64,000 bases of DNA from an uncultured Chlamydiae bacterium. GTDB lineage: Bacteria > Chlamydiota > Chlamydiia > Chlamydiales > Parachlamydiaceae. The stretch spans positions 1 to 64,000 of the forward strand of contig CAWHMU010000041.1 of the NCBI GenBank assembly GCA_963830365.1, given 5' to 3'. Below the pieces are notes generated by a model. It worked only from the letters and a program-made list of their open reading frames with translations. It was not told the DNA's origin and did not search any database. Position numbers and translations under genes: made by a program. Position 1 is the first letter of the stretch; each line of letters starts with the position of its first letter. Of the stretch, positions 1-9,642 are shown one piece after another.

Positions 1-1112
1 CGAAGTAAATTCAAAAGTTGGCAGCAGGGGCACCAATTGGCCTGAATTTATCCCTGACACGGCTCCTGAAGCATTTTCCTAGCTCTGACTCTTCCCCAAG
101 AGATGATATGAGAGCAAAAAATCCAAAAATAGCCGATTTAAACTCGTCAAATCCTGGATAGTACGTGTTGTAAATAACCCTTTCCTTCATCCATTTCCAT
201 AGTCGCTCGATAGGGTTTAGGTTGGGGCTATAAGGCGGCAAAAAGTGGAGTTTTATTTTTGAGGTCTTTAGATAATTGTGGACGTCTTGATTTTTGTAAT
301 ATCTGGCATTGTCACAAAACACGTGGATTTTATCATTGTCAGGATAGGCTTTTTCGATTTTTTGCAGAAAAGAAATGGTTGAATTGGCGTTTAAGGTCTG
401 ATCCGCTTGGACAATTACCTTATGAGAAATTACATCCACAGCTCCTGACAAATTTAGCCTGGATCGTCCGCTATTGGCTGGAATCTCTTTCCTAATTCCC
501 TTTTTGATCCATCCGTATGCAGGCTGCACATTGTGCGTAGGATGCACCCCATCTGTAAAGCAGATCGTTTCATTCGCAGGGAGTTCTGCACGTAGTTTTT
601 CGTATTCAGCTATCCATTCTTTTTGCTGTTGTTCATCGGCCTTTCCCGGGACGACTGCGGGCTTTTTATAAGAAAACAGATGCCTTTGGAGCCAGCTTCT
701 CAGGCCGTGAACGGTATACTTAATACCAAAAGTTATTTCAACATAAGCAACAATATCCTTGACGTACAGATAGGTGTGTTTTAGCAGGTGGGCTTCAAGT
801 TGTTGCGATTGTTTATTTGATAATTTTTCTTGAGAACCACCGCTTTTTGGTTGTAATTTTTTAGCAGTGTCGTAGTCGTGAATATGATTGCGAACAGCCT
901 CGTCAGAGATTAATAAAGCTTCCGCAATTTGCCGAAGGGACCATCCCTTATCGTGAAGCAAGACGGCTTTGATTCGATCGCGTATCCGCCCATCTCGTTC
1001 TTTCTTATGTTGTATCGTGAGTCTTGCTCGTTCTGCGTCGTCTAGCGTCATGGACGACACATTACACAAGAGCTGAATTTTCCGCAAAACAAATTTTGAA
1101 ACACGTTCGGTA
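1..1112 (-). mobile_element. IS630-family insertion sequence (left end just outside the window)
   Basis: Carries a DDE transposase. Imperfect terminal inverted repeat: cgaagtaaattcaaaagttg (1-20) vs the reverse complement of ~1090-1109 (14/20). Ends at TATA (1111-1114), consistent with a TA target. Confidence 0.85.
11..1051 (-). CDS. IS630-family transposase
   Basis: HTH N-terminus; ICFTDGVHP, VFCDNARYY and FLPPYSPNLNPIERLW motifs. Start placed at the ATG of MTLDDAER, inside the IS end. Confidence 0.93.
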   Translation of the reverse strand: MTLDDAERARLTIQHKKERDGRIRDRIKAVLLHDKGWSLRQIAEALLISDEAVRNHIHDYDTAKKLQPKSGGSQEKLSNKQSQQLEAHLLKHTYLYVKDIVAYVEITFGIKYTVHGLRSWLQRHLFSYKKPAVVPGKADEQQQKEWIAEYEKLRAELPANETICFTDGVHPTHNVQPAYGWIKKGIRKEIPANSGRSRLNLSGAVDVISHKVIVQADQTLNANSTISFLQKIEKAYPDNDKIHVFCDNARYYKNQDVHNYLKTSKIKLHFLPPYSPNLNPIERLWKWMKERVIYNTYYPGFDEFKSAIFGFFALISSLGEESELGKCFRSRVRDKFRPIGAPAANF

Positions 1113-1128
1113 TAATCAAAGGTTAATA

Positions 1129-2016
1129 ATGCCGGATTTGTCCCAGATGAAAACATTCGTCTTAACATCAGAACTCGGCAGTTTAGCAGCCGCAGCTCGA
1201 AAGCTTGGTATTTCGCCTGCTGCTGTCAGTAAACAGCTGACAAGGCTCGAAGAAGAACTGGGAGTGCAACTTTTATTGCGTTCCACACGCCGGATAGAAT
1301 TGACTGAGGTGGGGATAAACTATTGCCTCCAATGCCGGCGCATTCTGGAGGAAGTGGAAGCGGCTTCCGCATTAATTTTACAAATAAAAGTCGTTCCTAA
1401 TGGGGTTTTAAAGGTTGTCAGCGGTAGGCATTTTGCCACTTCTTATATCGTGCCGCATGTGAAAGAATTTCTCTTGAGATACCCTAAAATTGAGTTGAAT
1501 CTTGAACTTGCTGAGCGCGTTCCTGATTTAAATGCCGAGGCGATAGATGTTCTGATTGGGATGAGCATCTCAGCAACTGGAGATGCCATTCAAAAACGCA
1601 TAGCCACAACGTCCTATTCATTTTGTGCCTCTCCATCTTATTTGGAGCAATTTGGCATACCTGAAAAACCGAACGATTTAAAAAATCATCGCTATATTGC
1701 TCATAGCATGCGAAAGCCAGATCATGAATTGCTATTTTGTGACAACGAAGTCGTCACCATGACACCATTTATCAGAGTGAATGATACACAGACGATGCTG
1801 AATTTTGCACTGGACGGATTGGGCATCGTGAAGCTTCATCATTATGTCGTTAAAAAGCATCTAGAACAAGGCACATTGCAAGAATTATTGACTTCCTATA
1901 CTAATGCTGACGTTCCCATTTATGTAGCGTACCCACAGCGGCGTTTCATCGCCTCAAAAGTGCGCTGCTTTATTGATTTTATTAATGAAAAAATGATTCA
2001 AGAAATTGACGGTTAA
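1129..2016 (+). CDS. LysR-family transcriptional regulator
   Basis: GSLAAAARKLGISPAAVSKQLTRLEEELGVQLLLRSTRRIELT HTH plus substrate-binding domain. Start moved to MPDLSQ, outside the IS. Confidence 0.93.
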   Translation: MPDLSQMKTFVLTSELGSLAAAARKLGISPAAVSKQLTRLEEELGVQLLLRSTRRIELTEVGINYCLQCRRILEEVEAASALILQIKVVPNGVLKVVSGRHFATSYIVPHVKEFLLRYPKIELNLELAERVPDLNAEAIDVLIGMSISATGDAIQKRIATTSYSFCASPSYLEQFGIPEKPNDLKNHRYIAHSMRKPDHELLFCDNEVVTMTPFIRVNDTQTMLNFALDGLGIVKLHHYVVKKHLEQGTLQELLTSYTNADVPIYVAYPQRRFIASKVRCFIDFINEKMIQEIDG

Positions 2017-2111
2017 ATTGATGCACAAGCGCATCGTTGCTTTCCCATGTCCCCCTTTTGATTGTAAAGCCAACTGTGATTGGGCCTGACCCAAAGTTTT
2101 GACCCCAAGTT

Positions 2112-2385
2112 TTTAAGCGGCTTCGCCCCTTAAAAATCCCCGCCAAAGGGCTGAAAGCCCTCTAGACGCGCCCGCATGATAAGCTTCGCCCCATATCAGT
2201 ATTTCCCACATCAACTCACAAGTGAATGGCCTTGCGAAATTCATGGGGCGTTTACGTAAATTTTACGCACTTGACCGCAAATGCTTGCACAATGCCTGGG
2301 GTCAAGTTGGACTCAAGAATGGGGTCTGGCTGGCGATTTGTGATTAGGCTTCCTGCCAAATCGCAAATCGCCAGCCAGACACCAT
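2112..2385 (+). repeat. Copy 1 of a ~270 bp degenerate dispersed repeat
   Basis: Shares ctgaaagccctct, ttttacgcacttgac, ttggactcaagaatgg and tgtgattaggcttcctg with 3557-3837. Partial copies at ~6228-6275 and 42065-42150 (minus strand). Confidence 0.8.
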
Positions 2386-2649
2386 TCGAGCTAAAATGTT
2401 GATTTTCCAGGCGCTTTGTAATCAATGTCTTAATGTTCAAATCGCAAATCGCCAGCCTGACCCCATTCCTGACCCCATTCCAATGAGGGCCTTTAGCAGG
2501 TAAAAGTATTAAGGCTTCAGATTTTTATGAACCTTCATTATCAGAACTTTGTGAACTGCTTGAGATCTTGAGTAAACCTTCTACAACCCCCATTTGAGAA
2601 AATTGCAAAGGTACTTATGTAGCTCAAATTAAGATGTTGGATAGTGCCT

Positions 2650-2876
2650 TATACCGCGGTAGCGGTCAGCAGATTTCAGCCCCGCGTGCAGGCGCTTCCT
2701 GCGCCGGAACGTGGGGTCAGAATACACATAATATCAAAACCGCGGCAGCGGTGTAAGAGCTTGTAGGCCTCTTACACCGCTGCCGCGGTTGCCTTTTAAA
2801 TTTATGCGAACCCCACGTTCCGGCGCAGGAAGCACCTGCACGCGGGGCTGAAATCTGTTGACCGCTGCCGCGGTAA
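2650..2876. repeat. Long nested palindrome (REPIN-like)
   Basis: accgcggtagcggtcagcagatttcagccccgcgtgcagg... pairs with ...cctgcacgcggggctgaaatctgttgaccgctgccgcggt; central hairpin accgcggcagcggtgtaagag/ctcttacaccgctgccgcggt. Confidence 0.9.
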
Positions 2877-2998
2877 GTGCACATTTTAGCCTACTTGCAA
2901 ACCTTCGTCGAAAAGACAAGTATACGACTTCTTGAATATGGAATATTTTTAACCAGCTTTATTATCTCTACGAGTCGAGCTCCTCATTTGTCGGATGA

Positions 2999-3379
2999 AC
3001 CACAATTCATCTTAAAACGCCTATATCTGAGGTAGGGAAAATTTTTACCGAAGGTAAATTCCATCATCTTCCTGTCGTGGATGGCAAGGAGCTGATTGGG
3101 GTAGTCAGTTACTTTGATCTCATACGGGTCAGCTTTGAGAACTCATTTGGAGTCACCGACAAGATGGCTGTTTATGTAGCGCTTGATCAGACGCTGGACA
3201 TTGCCTCAATCATGACAAAAGACCCTTTGTGTATTCAAGAAAAAAGCACTATTCGTGAAGCTGCAGAAAAGTTATCCACAGGAATATTCCACTCTCTACC
3301 TGTTGTTAATGAATATCATGAAATTGTGGGTATTATCACCTCTAAAGACCTGATTGACTATTTAGTAAAACTGTATTAA
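2999..3379 (+). pseudogene. 5'-truncated CBS-domain pair protein
   Basis: Frame reads TTIHLKTPISEVGKIFTEGKFHHLPVVDGKELIG...FHSLPVVNEYHEIVGIITSKDL. It is open back to a TGA at 2996 with no start codon. Confidence 0.7.
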
Positions 3380-3492
3380 AGATATAAGAGATAAGGCCTG
3401 ACATTCTGAGATTCGCATTGTCGCATTTGAAGCCTATTATTTTTGGCCGCTGAGAATGTCAAAATGTCAAGCCTGACACCAATCTTGTCTGG

Positions 3493-3555
3493 AAGGGGAG
3501 GCAACTGTAAATCGTTCGACTCCGGTCTCCGTTGGTTCGAGTCCAACCGCCCCCA
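3493..3555 (+). pseudogene. tRNA-Tyr(GTA) 3' fragment
   Basis: Anticodon loop ctGTAaa (3507-3509), long variable arm gac-tccg-gtc, T arm gttgg-ttcgagt-ccaac, 3' acceptor strand cgccccc-a. The 5' acceptor strand and most of the D arm are missing. Confidence 0.8.
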
Positions 3556-3556
3556 T

Positions 3557-3837
3557 TTAAGAGGCTCCGTCCCTTACAAATCCTGAAAGCCCTCTGGACT
3601 CCCACATTATAAGCTTTGCCCGCATCAGGATTTTCCACATTCAAATCGCAAAAGAACCGCCTTGCGACATGCATAGGCATTTGCGTAATTTTTACGCACT
3701 TGACTGCAAAAAGCTCGCGTAATGCTTGGAGTCAATTCTGAAACTCTTTCAATTAATATTTATTGAAAGTTGGACTCAAGAATGGAGTCTGGCTGTTGAG
3801 TTGTGATTAGGCTTCCTGTCAAATCGCAAGCCTGACT
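3557..3837 (+). repeat. Copy 2 of the ~270 bp degenerate dispersed repeat
   Basis: Colinear similarity to 2112-2385; begins immediately after the tRNA fragment. Confidence 0.8.
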
Positions 3838-3843
3838 TGCTTT

Positions 3844-4944
3844 TTACTTTTCTTTCAATAGGTCTAGAAATTTTTTGTTGATGAACAGTTTTTCCCTTCC
3901 AACTTTAATTTCCACCAAGGCACCGATGTTGCACAGTATTTTGAGATGCTTTGAAGCTGTGAAGCGGCTCATCAAACCTTGCTTAACAAGATTGTCAATG
4001 CGGACGTATGGTTGCACAAAAAGCAGTTCTATCAGGTCTTTATTGTAGACTCCGGGAGCTTCATTTTGCACAAACGCACAGGTCTCATTAATGAGGTTTT
4101 GAATAGAGATAATTTTCTTTATTGTCCATGTTGCTGTTTCACTCACAGCGTCTAGAAAGTAGAGTATCCAGTCGGTCCATGCTTGATCAGTTGTAACTCG
4201 CAAAAGATTGGAGTAATAGCTTGCTTTGTTCTGGATGATGTACTTGCTTAGATAGAGTACAGGTGTATCTAGCAGTCCTTGATCGATCAGATATAGGAGA
4301 TTGATGATGCGCCCTGTGCGACCATTACCATCGGTAAAGGGGTGAATGGCTTCAAATTGATAGTGTTGTACGGCAAGTTTGATAAGCGGATCAACCTCAT
4401 CTTCTTGATGTAAATAAGTTTCCCAATTTGAAAGAAGCTTGCGTAAAACCTCCTCGCTTTCAGGAGGTGTGTAGATTTTTTCTTTCGTTTGGTCGTTCAT
4501 CAGCGTGGTGCCTGGTTGATTCCGAATATTGACATCAACTTCGCGGATTATGCTGCAAATTTCGCAAATTGTGGTAACGCTTAGGGGACGAGTTTTTATG
4601 GAGATGATACCCTGATAAAGAGCTGCTCGATAACGAAGCGTTTCTTTGACTTCATGCGAGATTTCAGAAGATTTGCTGTCAGCATATTTAAAAAGGTCAT
4701 CGGTCGTCGTGACGATATTTTCTATCGCTGAACTTGCCTGAGATTCTAAAAGGGGGATGCTATTGATGAGGACGGTCTGATTCGGAATCAGCCTTTCAGC
4801 CATTTTTAATTTGGCTAATTCTTTGTTTGCTTTGATGCAAGCTTTAAGGATTTTGGGTGTTTCCAAATCGATTTTTGGCGGTAGTAGTGGAAGTGTGTTA
4901 TAGGGGAGGGCTGGGTTAAATTTAGTCATATGTGGAAAATCCAT
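3844..4944 (-). CDS. Fic-family protein adenylyltransferase (class II, N-terminal inhibitory motif)
   Basis: HPFTDGNGRTGR Fic motif and SSAIENI inhibitory helix. Start at 4944 or 4929. Confidence 0.92.
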   Translation of the reverse strand: MDFPHMTKFNPALPYNTLPLLPPKIDLETPKILKACIKANKELAKLKMAERLIPNQTVLINSIPLLESQASSAIENIVTTTDDLFKYADSKSSEISHEVKETLRYRAALYQGIISIKTRPLSVTTICEICSIIREVDVNIRNQPGTTLMNDQTKEKIYTPPESEEVLRKLLSNWETYLHQEDEVDPLIKLAVQHYQFEAIHPFTDGNGRTGRIINLLYLIDQGLLDTPVLYLSKYIIQNKASYYSNLLRVTTDQAWTDWILYFLDAVSETATWTIKKIISIQNLINETCAFVQNEAPGVYNKDLIELLFVQPYVRIDNLVKQGLMSRFTASKHLKILCNIGALVEIKVGREKLFINKKFLDLLKEK

Positions 4945-5100
4945 TATAAAGTGAGCACCTTTCTTGGAAATGTTGAAGCATTCAACATATCTTCCTATCG
5001 TGTTGAAAATTTGATAAAAATTCAACATGTTTTTGCGATGTGTTGAAATGACAATTGAAAGGGGGATCTTGCCTCTTTCATGCTTAGCTTTAAAATGGGA

Positions 5101-6162
5101 TCACAAAGGGGGAAAGAAATCTCTAAGCGCATCTGAAAAAGCTGGCACGAGATTTTCGGCCTTTTCAATGATTTGGACGATTTGTCGCACACGTTTTTGT
5201 CCCACCAAGAGGAAATGATTGCCTTCTATAGAATGGACCATCTGTTGACTGAATCGTTGGATTAGATTAAGCAGTTTAACCCACTCTTCATTTGGAAGTT
5301 GGACAATCTGTGATTTGATGGGGGAAAGTAAGCCATGATAGATTTTTCGTTCATTGATAAAGCTCCAACTTGCGCAGTCGACAAGAGGGTGATAAGGATC
5401 GGACTGCGCATCGCCTGAGATACTCAAGACCAAAGGGGCGTCGCGATAATCAAAAATGCACCGATCTTTGATGCATGCCGCCAGGTCTTGTTGCATGATT
5501 CCATTTGAATATCTTAGAGCGGTTCCCATTAGACAAACAGGAAAAGCTCCTAAGAAGGCTTCTTCATATTTTTTAAGATCCAATTCATAATTAAGCATGC
5601 TGCTGAGTTCATGCTGCCAATGGGAATATAGTTTCTTAACGGAGATCAATCCATTGGACTGAATATCGGTAACTTCTAGTTGTTCAGGTGAAAAGAGAAT
5701 AGGCGGAGAACCCTCTAATGCGACGCTGAACAGATGATTGAGTTTCTTTTCTTGGGTCGCATGATGGAAGCTGGTAACCAATTGTCCGGCCGCGCTCCAA
5801 TGGACTGCTATCAGCTTTGAGAGCGTCTGTTTTTTGCATATTTCCTCTGCCATGGCGGCAGCTGCACGGGCCCAATCACGCATCTGCATCTGGGGATAAA
5901 GATGAGCATAGACAGGGTGCTCAATCGGATAGGAGATGGCAAGAAATGAATATCCTTTTTCGAGGAAAGCCGCAGCTAAAAATTCCTTTGATGGAATATT
6001 TGCGCCTTCATATGCGATGCGTCCGAGATGGCCCCAGCCTGGGAAAAAAACAATGAGGGGTTTGTCAACATTTCCTTTTTCAAAATAGGTGAGGAATTCA
6101 AAGCCCTCAAAGCTGAGAAGGGATTCATTGGGAAATAATGAGGGTTGGTTAGATCTGTTCAT
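5101..6162 (-). CDS. Putative alpha/beta-hydrolase-fold protein
   Basis: PLIVFFPGWGH, AVHWSAAG nucleophile-elbow-like segment, C-terminal GNHF His. Confidence 0.55.
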   Translation of the reverse strand: MNRSNQPSLFPNESLLSFEGFEFLTYFEKGNVDKPLIVFFPGWGHLGRIAYEGANIPSKEFLAAAFLEKGYSFLAISYPIEHPVYAHLYPQMQMRDWARAAAAMAEEICKKQTLSKLIAVHWSAAGQLVTSFHHATQEKKLNHLFSVALEGSPPILFSPEQLEVTDIQSNGLISVKKLYSHWQHELSSMLNYELDLKKYEEAFLGAFPVCLMGTALRYSNGIMQQDLAACIKDRCIFDYRDAPLVLSISGDAQSDPYHPLVDCASWSFINERKIYHGLLSPIKSQIVQLPNEEWVKLLNLIQRFSQQMVHSIEGNHFLLVGQKRVRQIVQIIEKAENLVPAFSDALRDFFPPL

Positions 6163-6391
6163 CTAGTTTTCTTTATACATAAAGAGGTGTTTGTAGGCTA
6201 TTTTTTATCGAAAAGAGAGGCCCGATCATTTGCGGAATTTTTACGCACTGGACTGCAAAAAGTTAGCGCAAAGCGGCCCAAATGAAAATGGTTCATCGCA
6301 TAAAATGATTGGTTGACAGAGGTGAAAACCCAAAAACCCAAAATGTAGACTCTGGTTGAGGATTGGGGTCAGGCTTCAAGCCAGGCCCCAA

Positions 6392-6718
6392 TCATTGCTT
6401 ATTGGCTTGATCAGCTGCTTTCAGCGCCATTTTTAACGCCAATTCATTAATTTTTTCTTGCGCTTTCCCGATTTCTGTCTCAACGGCGTTTTTTAATTTG
6501 ATTGTTATGTCTAGTTCCTTATCCGCTTCAATCCTTTGTTTCGCGATCATCGCAGTAAGACCCTTCGAATAGCTTTGAGACGCAGCTAAGTATCTGTTCA
6601 CGGTTTTTTTATCGTCGCCTGCAAAAGCTAAAAATTTAGCTAGCGTTCCTTGCGCTAAAAATTTTTCATAATGTCCTGTCATTCCAGCTTGATAAGGGGC
6701 ATTTGCTTGCGATGACAT
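6392..6718 (-). CDS. Hypothetical helical protein
   Basis: 108 aa ORF with an AAGGAG RBS upstream; coiled-coil-like C-terminus. Confidence 0.6.
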   Translation of the reverse strand: MSSQANAPYQAGMTGHYEKFLAQGTLAKFLAFAGDDKKTVNRYLAASQSYSKGLTAMIAKQRIEADKELDITIKLKNAVETEIGKAQEKINELALKMALKAADQANKQ

Positions 6719-6785
6719 ACGAACTCCTTTACTGACAAATTAAAGATTTTCCAGGCCATGCCTTGATTGGTAGGGGGCTGACACC

Positions 6786-6973
6786 TAGCACCACCAAGGC
6801 TACAGGCTATCTCTGAGAACTTGTGAGTATTCAACGAAGGGTGGTTGAAATTCGTTTCCATGAATCCAAGAACCTTCCTAAGCTGTTTCTACAGTCCTTT
6901 TTATTGACTTATATCGCTCAAATTCGGTGATTTCCGTCTTAGCTACTTCAGCGAATTTTAATTTACAATGCAT
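6786..6973 (-). pseudogene. RelE/ParE-like toxin remnant
   Basis: Reads MHCKLKFAEVAKTEITEFERYKS, then (after a frameshift and a TAG) KQLRKVLGFMETNFNHPSLNTHKFSEI. Truncated at a repeat arm; lies directly downstream of the antitoxin-like gene. Confidence 0.6.
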
Positions 6974-6978
6974 GCCGG

Positions 6979-7275
6979 TTAGTCCTTATCGTCTTCGGCA
7001 TATTTGGCAAATGAGCCTAAATCATGCATACGTCCTTCTTCAGCCTCTTTGATGCCTTTCATAAGAGAAGCCAGGGCTTTTCGATCTTTGTAAATCCAAT
7101 GATCCTTTTCTGGTACTTCTGCAACCGGCTCCAATATAATCTTGCCTTCTGCACGATACATGTGAAAAGAATTGAAATTCCCCCGTTCATCCTTGGTCAG
7201 CACACGGGTTAAGCAAGTGCGTTGTTTGTCGTCCATGCAGACTGTCGCTTTTTGTTTTCTCATAATAGTTTGCAC
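6979..7275 (-). CDS. Putative antitoxin (AbrB-like N-terminus)
   Basis: DDKQR...GKIILEP AbrB-like pattern and SLMKGIKEAEEGR...DLGSF antitoxin-like tail; upstream of the toxin remnant. Confidence 0.6.
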   Translation of the reverse strand: MQTIMRKQKATVCMDDKQRTCLTRVLTKDERGNFNSFHMYRAEGKIILEPVAEVPEKDHWIYKDRKALASLMKGIKEAEEGRMHDLGSFAKYAEDDKD

Positions 7276-7426
7276 TTCCTAACATCCTCATCATACCACA
7301 AGTGGGGATTTTCCACCATCTGCGACTGTCGCGAGGTTGGGGTCAGGTCTGAGCCTGTTTTTTTGCAAATATATTTAATTAAATGCGCTAACATTTTACA
7401 ATAGGTCTATTTAAAATTGGTGTGCG

Positions 7427-8605
7427 ATGTCTTCTGTTTCAAATAATTCAAGTTTTGTTTCTACTTATATTAAAGATCGAATCCCTGAACGTTACACTGC
7501 TTCTGAAGAAAGCTATAAGGCAAGAACCGCGAGAGTGGTTCAAGAAACAGCTCAAAAGATTAGTGATGCTGTAAAGGGACAAGAGAGCCTGCTTGATCTA
7601 TTTCATGATTTGCTATCCGGTTTGAGTAATGAAAGACGGGAACTAGCCGTTGAAAATAAACAAGAAGACTTGGCAAGCTTTGGGGCTTCCCGCACTTCAT
7701 CTGCTGATTTTAAAGGTCCTGTTTGTTTCACTGTGCTGACAAAGCCTTACGATGAATATGGAGGCAGGCTTCTTGAGGATATACAAAGGCTTGTATTCCC
7801 AATGAAATATGATTTGAATCAGTTCCATCAGACGGAGCGGAAGTTGCAAGATAAAGGAGCGTTTGGAAGAAATTTTTCTTTAGAAGTAGAGATATTCCCT
7901 GGGGAAAAGATGAATGAATGGGGAACCTATTCTTGGGAAAACTATCCAACCCGATTATATGAGCTGTGTGAAGTTGCTAAATCTGATCTAAGTTTTGATG
8001 AGTTAGTTTATATCGAATCAACAATGGCCAGATTAAAGAAAAATTCACCTGATGATTATAAAAAAATAAAGCTTTTCAGCGTTTTATCGCATGTAAGTAA
8101 CAATTTTATTAAGCTAGCTTCGGATTGGATTGTGGTTACACCCCGCCTTGAAATAGGGGGTAAAATGGTGGCTCTTTCTCAATATGTAACCTACGCTTAT
8201 CGGAATTTCAGCGATGACCCAGTCAAGCATATGAAAGATCGCTCAGCAATTGTTACGATCATCCATCATGATGTTTTTTTAATGGATCAGACACTTGTAG
8301 ACATTGCAAAGGTTTTTAAGCAAACCATTGAATGGGATAAAAAAGATGTAAAAGATTTAAGAAATGCGATGGCTTTACTTGAATATGAGTTCGCGCATGC
8401 GGCTCCATTCAGGAGAGGAACCCCAACCATATCTGAATGGCTAGTTATGGGGATTTACGCCTATCACGGATTTACTTCTCACTACGATTCTAAAAAAATG
8501 GTAAATTTAGAAGCTTTAATCTCAACTCCAGAAGACTTCGCTAAGAATTACGCTTCAATGATTGAGTTAAAGGAAATCAAAAAAGAAGCAGAAAAGACCG
8601 ATTGA
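7427..8605 (+). CDS. Putative secreted effector with a degenerate Fido (AvrB/AvrC-like) motif
   Basis: Ser-rich N-terminus MSSVSNNSSF; C-terminal HAAPFRRGTPTISEW. Confidence 0.55.
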   Translation: MSSVSNNSSFVSTYIKDRIPERYTASEESYKARTARVVQETAQKISDAVKGQESLLDLFHDLLSGLSNERRELAVENKQEDLASFGASRTSSADFKGPVCFTVLTKPYDEYGGRLLEDIQRLVFPMKYDLNQFHQTERKLQDKGAFGRNFSLEVEIFPGEKMNEWGTYSWENYPTRLYELCEVAKSDLSFDELVYIESTMARLKKNSPDDYKKIKLFSVLSHVSNNFIKLASDWIVVTPRLEIGGKMVALSQYVTYAYRNFSDDPVKHMKDRSAIVTIIHHDVFLMDQTLVDIAKVFKQTIEWDKKDVKDLRNAMALLEYEFAHAAPFRRGTPTISEWLVMGIYAYHGFTSHYDSKKMVNLEALISTPEDFAKNYASMIELKEIKKEAEKTD

Positions 8606-8788
8606 CAAGCTTCTTGTTAAATTAGGGGAGACTGTCAATTTTTTGAGGTTGCCATCAGGTCTGGCCCATTTTCGTTTCATCAATCAGAATCGGTCCAATC
8701 ACAGAAGGTCTAGTTAGCCTCGATAGAGGCGGAAGCATGTAGCCATAGGTGTCAACCTATGGAATGAAATGTAGCAAAAAGAGTAAAA

Positions 8789-8893
8789 CGGGCCGGAGCT
8801 CCGATGTGCGATTCTCTTTAGTCTAAAATTGATATCTTCTTCATTTACCGAAAATCGCACATCGCAGCTCCGGCCCTTTTTCCGGCCCTTTTT
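8789..8893. repeat. Palindromic arm pair (ggggccggagct variant)
   Basis: gggccggagctccgatgtgcgatt ... aatcgcacatcgcagctccggccc, with the terminal tccggcccttttt duplicated. Confidence 0.8.
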
Positions 8894-9239
8894 ATTGCTG
8901 ATTGTCAATGTTGAAGGCGAGCGTGATCAGGCAGATTATCACAGCGTATTTGTCAAGAACGAAGCTCAAGCGCGTCAGCTATATCAAATTGTACTGGAAG
9001 TATCAATCGACCGGCTCATAAAAAAAGCCATAATAGCCGGGGGAATATACAGTTGGTCAGAAGCTGATCCAGGGAAAATACGCGACATGCTTATGCCGCA
9101 TATGAACCGCATCGTCGGTGAGTTTCATGCTCCCGAAGAACATCTTTCTGGAAATGGTCCGCTGCAAATCCTCTATAATGCGAAAGTTGCCACCTCTATC
9201 CTGCGTTTAGAGAATACGCATATTTATTTTGCAAAGTGA
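8894..9239 (+). pseudogene. Probable 5'-truncated hypothetical gene
   Basis: Open frame whose apparent N-terminus is repeat-derived; no credible start after the repeat. Confidence 0.35.
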
Positions 9240-9256
9240 GGTTTGGAGGCAGTTAG

Positions 9257-9424
9257 TAAGTTCTCAAAAACGCATGGCGTAAATTCCAGTCGTATGGCTT
9301 GGGGTCAGGCTTGCAATTTGCGATATGAAAAGAGTTTGGCTTCCTAATGCCTGGTTGGCCTTTCAAATCATGTGCCTGACCCAATCCTTAAGTCACCGCT
9401 CTCGCCATGAGTATTGAGAACTTA
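9257..9424. repeat. Composite palindromic element (outer IR plus GGGGTCAGGC arms)
   Basis: taagttctcaaaaacgcatggcg / cgccatgagtattgagaactta enclosing ttggggtcaggc...gcctgacccaa. Related copy at 34020-34196. Confidence 0.85.
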
Positions 9425-9642
9425 TGGCAGGTCCCACCAAGCGCATGAAGTTTTGGTGTGCTGAGATTAAAATATAATATTGATAAAATAGAAGGGTATA
9501 ACATATTTTCCAGTTAAGGACAGCCGCGGCTTTGCATCAGCTGATCCATGAGTCAAATCATACGCCGGTCACAGCTATTGCATCTATCGCGCCTAGCGCC
9601 GTCGACCAAACGGTATGCCTCAATTCTAAAAAAGGATGGAAT

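Noticed and set aside
3459..3680. Short ORFs overlapping repeats or antisense to real genes (e.g. 2734-2919, 3459-3680, 62403-62609)
   Set aside because: Shadow frames of tRNA, palindromes, IS ends or GC-rich coding strands.
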